NCBI GenBank assembly: GCA_033442325.1
Contig: JAWQFM010000001.1
Span: 1,548,138-1,612,137, forward strand
Origin: Salpingoeca rosetta
Taxonomy: Eukaryota; Protista; Choanoflagellata
Direction of reading: 5' to 3'
Length of the DNA stretch: 64,000 nt
This document shows, one piece after another, positions 55,359 through 64,000 of the stretch. A program made the position numbers and the translations under genes. The notes beneath the pieces are model-generated. The model was not told where the DNA came from. It searched no databases and was given only the letters and a program-made list of their open reading frames with translations. Numbering within the stretch: position 1 is the first letter of the stretch; each line of letters starts with the position of its first letter.

Positions 55359-58300
55359 GCCGGCGCCAGTCGCGGTTGTGGCCATGCCCAAGACGGAGGC
55401 GTCAGCCATGGCGGCGTGCAGCGGCATCTCGCCTCGCAGCACAGCGAGAATCTCCTCCACAACCTGGTCCACGAGCTGCTGCTGCCGCACCTCGGCCTCC
55501 ATGACGACGTAGCGCACAATATACGGCATGAGGAACGTGCTCATGTCGTGGCTGTCGCGGAACATGGCGTGGCACGCCGCAAAGAGCTCGCGCTCCATGA
55601 AGAACCGGTCGCCGTCGTGGTCATCCGGAATGTCGATGCCGTGCCGCCGCTTTGTGCTGTGCGATGCGCCGTGCTTGGCGGCGTCCGCCTTTGCCTCGTC
55701 GTCCGCGGGTTGGAAGAAGTTCTTGATGAGGTGAAACGCCCACTTGTCCATCCACTGCTGGAAGGAGGTGCAGGTGCTGAAGAACGGCTGCCCGGCGTAT
55801 TCGCTCGGCCGCGCCCACTTGCGGCCCTTGCGCGTGTACATGGACGCGGCGTAAGGGAAGGCCACCAGCCGCACCGTCTTGTCCAGCTTTGGCCAGAACG
55901 ACGGCGCCTGCGGCTGCGTCATCTCCACGGTGAGCGTGGGCGGGCAGCCAAGCGCCTTCAGGCACTTTTGCAGCGTGAGGGCGGCGCGGTCCTGGGAGGA
56001 GTTGTCGTTGGCGGAGAGCAGGGCGCGCACGAGGTGGTCGCTCACCAGCCGCATGACAAACGCGTCCTCCTTGATGGTCATGCAGAAGAGGTCCTGCACC
56101 GTGTCGTGCAAGGGCACGGGCCCGATGCGGCCCGGGTCTGTGGCGCCAAAGAGGCCCAGGCAGCGGCCGCAGCGACGCCGGAACGCGCGGCTGGCGTCGC
56201 GGCAGCCGTTGAGGGTGGCGGAGAGCAGGCGCACCACCACGCTGGACAGCGAACCCTCCTGCTTTGGGCCCTCGGCAACATCCGTGCTGAGCAGGCCGCT
56301 GGCGTTGTGCTTGCGCAGCAGCTGCTCCAGCTTGGAAAACGCCAGGGCGCGCACCTCGGACGACTCGTGCAGGAGCGCCTTTGTCAGCTGCTGGAACGAG
56401 CGCATGAGCGCGTCAACCTGCCGCGGTTCCAGCACGTCCGAGGCGCTGCCGTCGTCCCCGCCCGTGCTGCCCTTGGCCGTCGTGGCGGCGCTGCTGGCTC
56501 CGTCTCCAGCGTCCGCGCCCGCGCCCGTGGCGGTCGCAGATGTCGGCGTGAGCGACGGCAGGCTGCCTTCCAGCTTGTGCGTGTGCTTGTCCAGAACCTC
56601 GTTGACGGCGGCAAACACGGGCAGACGCGGCAGGCAGAAGATGTTCTGGCAGTACTCTGCAAAGATGTCCTCGTTCTGCACAATGAGGCCCTCCAGCACG
56701 TGCGCCGTCTCCCGCGGCCGCGTTTCTGCGCAGCGAATCGCCATCACAATCAGCTGCACCAGGATCGACCCGAGCGCGGGCTTGGACAGCAGTTGTGCAA
56801 ACCGCAGGCACGCCTTGAGCGCCAGCGGCTCCAGGCTCCTTGTGTGCATGGCCGTGTTGATGACACGCAGCGCGGGGATGCGCATGAGCTCCAGGTTGCG
56901 CTCGCCCAGCACCTCAATCAACGCAAGGAAGCCGCCAATGGCCCTGCGGCGCTCTGTAATGACGTCGCTGGCAACACACGTGCGCAGCAGCGTGAGCATG
57001 GCCAACACAAATGGCTTGAGAAACGCCTGCAGCTTCCTCCTTTCTGCAGTCTCGCCCGCCCGTCCATCAGCATCAGCACCAGCGTCGTCGTCGTCATGTT
57101 CCGGCATTGTTGCGGTTGTTGTTGTTGTTGTTGTGGTAACTGTGCCCTTGCTGCGGCTATGTCGCGATCCTCTGCGCTTCGACTTGGCTGCGGGTGAACG
57201 AGACTTGCTGCGGGCGGACTTGCCCGTTTTAGGCGATCGCCCCCGCGCCGGCATCCGTCCTCGTGCCCCCGCCTTCCTTGACGCACCGTCTGTGGTGCCG
57301 TCGTCGTCGTCGCCATCACCATCGTTGTCAGCATCGTCATCATCCAACAGGATCACCTCATCATCGCCACCATCAGCGCCATCGCCGCCGCCATTGGTGC
57401 GACGGCCCGTCTTCTTGCTGGTGCCTCCGTCACTCGCCGCCTCCCTGCGCTGCTGCTCCTCCGCCTCGTGCTGCTTGCGCCCAATCTCGGCGTGCTCCAT
57501 GACCAGGTGCAGGGCGGCGCTGAACCGCGTGCGCTTGTGGGCAAGCTCGTCCGGGTCGAGGAACATGATCACCCGGTACAGAATCTGCAGCGCGGAGAAG
57601 GAGATGACAATGTCTGGGCGGTCGTGGGCGTGCCGGCGGTAAAACTCAAACACCTCCGACAGCTGGGACGACGGCACGCTGATGAAGATGGCGGAGAAGA
57701 TGAAGCCGGCCATATCCACACCAAGGTAGTCCGGGGACTTGCGCACCACCTCGGACAGGCGAAGCAGCACCTTCTTCTTCTTGTGCTTGAACACGTGCGG
57801 CAAGGTGTACTTGAGCGTGCTGTTGAAGAACTCCAAGCGGGACGTGTCAAACAGCAGCCGCACTACGGCCTCCGGCACGGGGTTCTCGGCCAGCGTGTCC
57901 ACGAGCCCGCACGAGAGGCTGGTCATGTGCGCGCGTGTGATGTCGCACACGCGCTTGTTGCGTTGCTTGGCGTAGGCCTGCACGGCGCTCACGGCGACGG
58001 CGGCCGGCTCGGGCTGCTGCAGACACATGACCATGATCAGCAGGGACAAGAACGCTTCCTCCTGCTGCGGGGTGGCAGAGCGAGCAAGGCACTGCGCAAT
58101 GGTCTCCACAAGCACTTCGAGCATGTCGGTGTGCGGGTGCTGCGCAGCCGCCGTCACCGCCGTGTACAAGTCCTTGGAGAGCTGATCGCAGGCGTGCGTG
58201 TCGAAGCGGGGCGAAACGCACGCCAGGCATGTGGACAGCGCCTGGCGGACGCACCGGGGCTGTTGGCTGCACGCCAGCAGCACCGATCGTAGCACGCTCG

Positions 58301-60065
58301 ACGACCACGCTGTATGCGACACCAAGGCGCCTCTGACACGTGCGTGGTCGCGTCGGCACAAGGCCGCACCACCACCACCACCACCATCACCACCATCACC
58401 ACAAGCATACCCGTCCAAATCACCGCTGTCCACGTTGGTGTGACGGAGGGCATCCACATTTTGCTGCTTGTGCTGCTTCTGAACCGTGTGCGTGGTGTTG
58501 CTGGTGCTGTTGTCCTTGTCAAGGGAGAAGGGAAATAGGTGGTGATACGCGACGAACGCGCGCAACGCCAACACACGCGCGTGCGGGGACCCAAATGTTG
58601 CCAGTGGCAAGAAGCTCTCAAACGCCACCAGGTTCCCACGAATGCGGCCGCGAGTGCTGGTGAGACCATCGTCGTCCATGTCATCCTTCGCTGTGTCCAT
58701 CACGGTCACCGTCATTGATGCGGAAGCGCTGGGGCCTGTCGCTAACATGGTCTGTGCTGGGGCGTGCCGTTGAAGCACAATGCCACCCTCGCATGATGGC
58801 GTGGGTGATGCGCAACTGGCAAATGGATGTGTGGTAGAGGCGGAAACAACTGCAGCCGAGATGGCAAAGGATGCGCTGGTGGAAAGGTCGCAAGTGGCAC
58901 TAATCGAGGTGGCAGCACGGGGCTGTGTTGCTGCCTCTGCCGGTGCTGTGCCACCGTCTTCAGTCGATGGCGGTGCTGGTGCTGGGGGCACGGCGGCCGC
59001 AGTGTCGTGCGGGCTGTGATCGCATGACGCATGGCACAGGGCTGGCGAGGGGTCCTGCCAGCGCAGGGAGTGCGCGGCGTGGGGACAGCACGGATGGCAG
59101 GTGAGGGCCACGTGCGCATCTGGTTCAAACAGCAGCACAGCGAGCTGATGCGCCACGCGGGACAGCGTTGCCGACAGCACGTCCACAGCAGCACTCGATG
59201 ATGTGGCGGCTGCCGCAGCAGAGCTGGTGAGGGAGTTGGCGATGGCGCAAACGGTGGTGTAGAGTTCACGCTGACTCTGCGACAGCCCACCCGCAGATGA
59301 ACAGCTCCGGGCAAACAAGACCGGCAGCGCACGCAACGCTGCCACCTGCAAGTGCAGCCGTGCGTTGATGGTGGCTGCATTGCTGCCGTGAGCGGTGCTG
59401 GAAGTGGTGGTGGTGTTGGTGGTGTTGTTGGGGTTGTCGTTAGTGGTGTGGGTGTGGGAGTTTGCGTGTAAACACAAGCGGAACATGGTGTTGCTGAAGG
59501 TGTCTTCCTTTCGCCGAGGGAAGAGCGCAATGGCAAACAAAAACTCGTCCACCCATCGCGTTGCTGTGCATGCGTGTTTGCCGTTCTTGTCGCTTGGGCG
59601 TTGCCGCTGCAGTTCCGCTGTCAGTTGCGATTGCTGGAAGGGCTGGGTGCAGGATGCAGAGTCGTGTGGAGGCACGGTCCAGTCAATGTGGGCTGCGAGG
59701 GAGCGCATGTCGGGGATGGTGGAGTTCACAGCAGCTTTGGCGGCACCATACTGATCGTCATCCATATCACTTGGTGGCGGTGGTACATCGGACAGCAGCC
59801 ACGGCAGCATGCAAACACCCTTAACCAGCAGCAGCGTGTCGGGTGGAATGGCGAGGCCGGGAATGGCCAGGAGGGAGCACATGACACTGGCGAGGAGATG
59901 AAGCGTTGTGGGCAGGTGTGCATCTCGTGGTAACGACTCAAGCACCGGCTGCCACAGCGCTGCCATGTCGGAAAGCCGCAGTTGTGCAGGCGTTACAGCG
60001 GGCTCCACAGCCACACAAGCAGCAGCCAAGCGAAACACGTTTGCCTGGCATGACAGGCACAAGTG

Positions 60066-60138
<73 letters not shown>

Positions 60139-60990
60139 TGAGTGAGTGAGTGAGTGAGTGAGTGAGTCAGGGAGTGAGTCAGGGAGTGAGGCAGGGAGTG
60201 TGTCAGGGAGTGTGTGAGAGTCAGTGAACAAGAGTCAGTGAATGTGCGTGTGCGAGTGGGACAGTGAGTGAGTGAGTGAGTGAGTGCATGTTCGTGGGCA
60301 CGTTCTCCGTTCTGAACGTACCACATCCTGCCAAGGTGTGTTTCCAGACTTGAGCTGGTGGATGACGTCGTGGGTGAGCTTGACCGTTGTTCGCACAGCC
60401 TCGGCAACCAGCCAGATGCTGCTCGCACCTCCCTGTGCAGACGCACCACGCTGCTGGTTCTGTTGTTTCGGGCGCTTTGGGTCGGGCGCACCGTCACCGT
60501 TGTCATCGTTGTGATCCGCGGCGTGCTTGAAGACGTGGGCCGGGTCTGTGGCGTGCAGCCACGCAGCGCGGTCTTCCCGGCTTGGAAGGTGCACCAGCCA
60601 TCGCACCGCAACAAACAAGACATACACGCTGCTTTCGTGCACTTGAAGCGTCGTGAGGCGTCGCATGCTCGCATGCAGCAGGTCAACTACCATCGGCGTC
60701 CATCCCTGTTTGGTGTGACGTGTTGCACATGCGCGGTGGAATGTAACAAGCGGCGTGGCGTGTGAATGCGTGTCGTGGATGGACAACTGGAGAGGGGCTG
60801 ATGGACAAATGGAGGCTTATGCGTGGACAGCGGTCAAGACGTGTAGCGTGCAGAAAATCGTGGTCTTGAAAAAAACTACCGAGAGTGTGTCGGAGAACTT
60901 GGCTGTTGGGTGGGACGCAGCGACTAACGCGCCATCCAGGAAGCGAAAGCATGCCATCTGTTGTGCACGGGCAATTGTGCAATGTGTGTT

Positions 60991-61029
<39 letters not shown>

Positions 61030-62397
61030 GTTGTGTGTGTTGTTGTGTGAGGGGCGTTGGCATGGAAAGCAGCGGCCCCTCAAAACCTGCACTTGCATAC
61101 GAACATGCACACATGCACACACACATGCACACACACGCATTACAGCCACACACACGCACGCACGCACACATATTATACACATATTATGTTGCGTACAAAC
61201 CCTGGTGCTTGGGATGACATGGGGACGGAAGAGGACAGTGAGGGGAAACTGGGCAGGGCAGCGCAGCTGCACTTGAGGCGATGGGGTTGATGGCAACGCA
61301 ACCATAGCGAGTGGGTGCGCACCACCACCAAAACTGCCACTCTTGCTGCTACTGCTCGTGACAGTTGGTGCTGCCAACGATGAAGAGTCAATGGCACTCT
61401 CAAGTAACGCTCGCAACGCACCCTGCGGGCAACGTAGACGCACCAAGCAAGGCATGTGAGCAGCGTTTCAACGCAAGCAATGCGTGATGCGTACAGCACA
61501 CAGCAATGATCATGTGTGTGCGTGTGTAGTTGTCTGAGCATACATGTGCTCAAGTAGCCACGCTGACCTGTGTTTCTGTATGCTTGAGGAGCGGTTGGTG
61601 CGCACACACGAGAAAGAGGGAGGATAGGGTCAGCTGCATGAACACGGGCGTGAGTGTTGATCGACCAGGCTGCATTGTCCACATGTGACGCAGCGCCCTG
61701 AAGAACATCTGTCGTGTGTAAGTGTCAGTGTGTGTGGTGTGAGAGTGTGTGTGTCAGTGTGTGTGTGTAAGTGTGGTGTGAGTAAGTGAGCGAGTGAGTG
61801 GGTGAGTGAATACGCAAACAGGCAAGCGAACAGGTGTGTTGTCAGGGTGCAGTGCAAACAAAAAAATGACGCATAACATAACCACCACACACACACACAC
61901 ACATTCACAAACACATGAGACACGCACGCACCGTCGCCATGGTAGGGGTTGCGATATCAAAGATGGAAGGGGCAAGGTGGTTGAGGTAGCGCGTGAGGAG
62001 GGATTCACCAAACGCACAGCGCTCCACCAAGAGACCAAAGAGTGGCTGCAGATGTGCCAGTGCGTTGACCACCGCCAGTGGCCGGAGGCGGAGAGGGCTC
62101 GTTGCATCTCCATCATGGCTGCTGGTGGTCGTGGTGGTGGTGGTGGCAGTGTAATTGGTGTTCATGTTGTTGGCACAGAGCAAGCGCAGGTGAAACGAGT
62201 GATGAGGGCAGTGAAGAACAGAGTCGTTGTTTGGGCTGGTGTGTTCTCAGTGCAAGCACAGAACGGACACTTGCTCTTGTTGTGTGCGTCCTTTGCACTC
62301 CATCAAACCGCACACCTGGATGCGGACCGAAGATGCAGCTCTGCGGGCTCGACAACGCTGGCTTCGCCTTTCTGGCGGCTCGTTTGCACCACTGCTC

Positions 62398-62494
<97 letters not shown>

Positions 62495-63542
62495 TTTCAC
62501 AAATACGAGGCGTATGAGATGCGTTGGAAGAACACAAAGAGGAGGAAGGAGGAGGAGTTGGGGGATACAGGCAGAACGTGCATCGCCGCCAGAAGATGCT
62601 GCACCTTGATGCAGGTAGAACATGTAGTCCAGGGCGAGGATGGCAATGGGCTCCAAGTCAATGCCAGTCTCCTCCGATGCCTGAGTATGTGGTTGTGCAT
62701 GACAGACCAGGGTGAGTGGGCAGACAGAATGGCAATGCAGCGCAGTGTATCGCAGCGCAGCGCAGTACGGTGAAGTGGTGACCGTACAGCTGCCTGCTGG
62801 TGCCACTGCAGTTGGTCACACCTGTATTAAGGACGCGAGCGCGTCATCGGCGTGGGGTTGCAGTGCGGACGTGTTGTCAAAGAGCACCAGCACCAGCTTG
62901 GAGAAGAGCCAGCCATGGAATGGCAGTCGCGCCATATGCGCTGGTTCAGTGACACGCTTCGTGTCGTGGTCTTGTTGATGCTGCTGCTGCTGCTCATGCT
63001 GCTCACGCTGTGGTTGCTGTTGTCGTTGCTGCTGCTTTACGGAGGTCGTGGTGAGGGTGTCGTCCAGCAACCGCTGTATGCTCCGCAGACCCGTGCTCAG
63101 CCATTTGATAAACAGCACGCTGTGCCTATGCTTAACTGTGTTTGTGTGTATGTGTGTGTATGCGTGTGCGTGTGTGTGTGCGTGTGTGTGTGCGTGTGTA
63201 TGCAGGAGTTGAGGCGTGTGCTGGTGGGTAGGGAAGCACGACAGCAACAGTCGACGAGTGCGGGTATATCACAGCACGTGCAAGATCAAGCCACGCAACG
63301 CAGCGCAGCCGCGCGGGCACGGACTGACTTGGTGGTCGCAGATGCTGCAGGATCCAATCCCTCAGCGTGCGCCTGCAGTTGAGGACGCTGTTGTGTGCAC
63401 GAAGGAGCTTGTGAGTGGTGGAACGCAAAGATAGACGACACGCATCCCACACACACACACACGCTCCACTGGCTCACGTTTGTGGATCGTCGCTGTCGGA
63501 TTCAACGATCACATTGTATAGGCTCTGCAGTGTCGGGTCCAT
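50217..63542 (-). CDS. ATR: Serine/threonine kinase ATR (PIKK: HEAT/UME, FAT, kinase, FATC)
   Basis: [129 protein letters not shown]. The 5' exons and start (MDPTLQSL) are less certain. Confidence 0.93.
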
Positions 63543-63627
63543 TACGACACGGCCACGACGCAAAGACTAGAGCTAGGCAAGCAAGGCGAGGCGCGACGAG
63601 CGGCGGCACCAGTTCACAGCTGTTCGG

Positions 63628-63679
63628 TGGCGGGAAAAACGGAATGAGCGTTTGCACAAAACCGGCAAACACGTTTGAA
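63628..63679. promoter_or_regulatory. E2F site and CHR-like element upstream of ATR
   Basis: Minus-strand TTTTCCCGCCA (63628-38) is a canonical E2F site; TTTGAA at 63674-79; GATTGG (reverse CCAAT) at ~63773. Confidence 0.5.
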
Positions 63680-63851
63680 CAGAAGACGAAAGGAACAGTT
63701 CGGCCAGCCCTTGTTTCACTTCTTTCTTGTTGTAACTGCTGCTTGCAGCGTCTGCGCACACGACCTGGCCTTGATTGGAAGTACACGTTGCTTGCTGGCT
63801 TCATTTCCCCAACCAGCCCCACCACCTGTATCGATCGTCAACCCGAGCAAC

Positions 63852-63943
63852 ATGAGCGAGAAAGAGCTGGTGACCTGGGCTGCCAAGGAGCTGGCCAGGC
63901 TGTCCACCGACCTCGACGTTGACACGGCCCAGGATCAAGTGCA
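63852..63943 (+). CDS. First exon of a gene running off the window; PWI-like N-terminus (TRIP4/ASC-1- or DHX16-like)
   Basis: MSEKELVTWAAKELARLSTDLDVDTAQDQV followed by a GTAAGT donor; coding-like codon use. Confidence 0.5.
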
Positions 63944-64000
63944 GTAAGTCGCGGTGTGAAGTGTGACAGTGACTCAGTGAACCCACCTCTTGCTTGCTTG

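Noticed and set aside
55176-57642. 673-aa and 587-aa plus-strand ORFs
   Set aside because: Antisense shadows of the large ATR exon, caused by codon bias.

Overview
Eukaryotic, intron-rich genomic DNA whose introns are full of (CA)n/(GA)n/(CAGA)n microsatellites. Gene content and style suggest a unicellular holozoan, most likely a choanoflagellate such as Salpingoeca (inference). I assembled spliced models by hand for 14 protein genes: a HYOU1/GRP170 fragment, eIF4G, a myristoylated calcineurin-B/NCS-like protein, CDC27, a 70-aa mitochondrial microprotein, a large hypothetical protein with possible p101/PIK3R5-like motifs, ELP5, p120 RasGAP, GLOD4, TOM5, arylsulfatase, mitochondrial ProRS, ATR, and the first exon of one more gene. 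There is also one tRNA-Ile(AAT). The most notable hidden structure is that eIF4G is a snoRNA host. Three introns each carry a clear box C/D snoRNA: a U49-like guide, a U33/snR55-like guide, and a dual guide antisense to both U6 snRNA and LSU rRNA. Two further introns carry H/ACA-like candidates. Other points: five compact head-to-head gene pairs (some with E2F/CHR-like motifs), an 11-nt microexon encoding the sulfatase active-site aspartates, coding sequence apparently lost at long CA tracts, and a ~570-bp random-looking island. Homologies come from recalled family sequences; no search was run.
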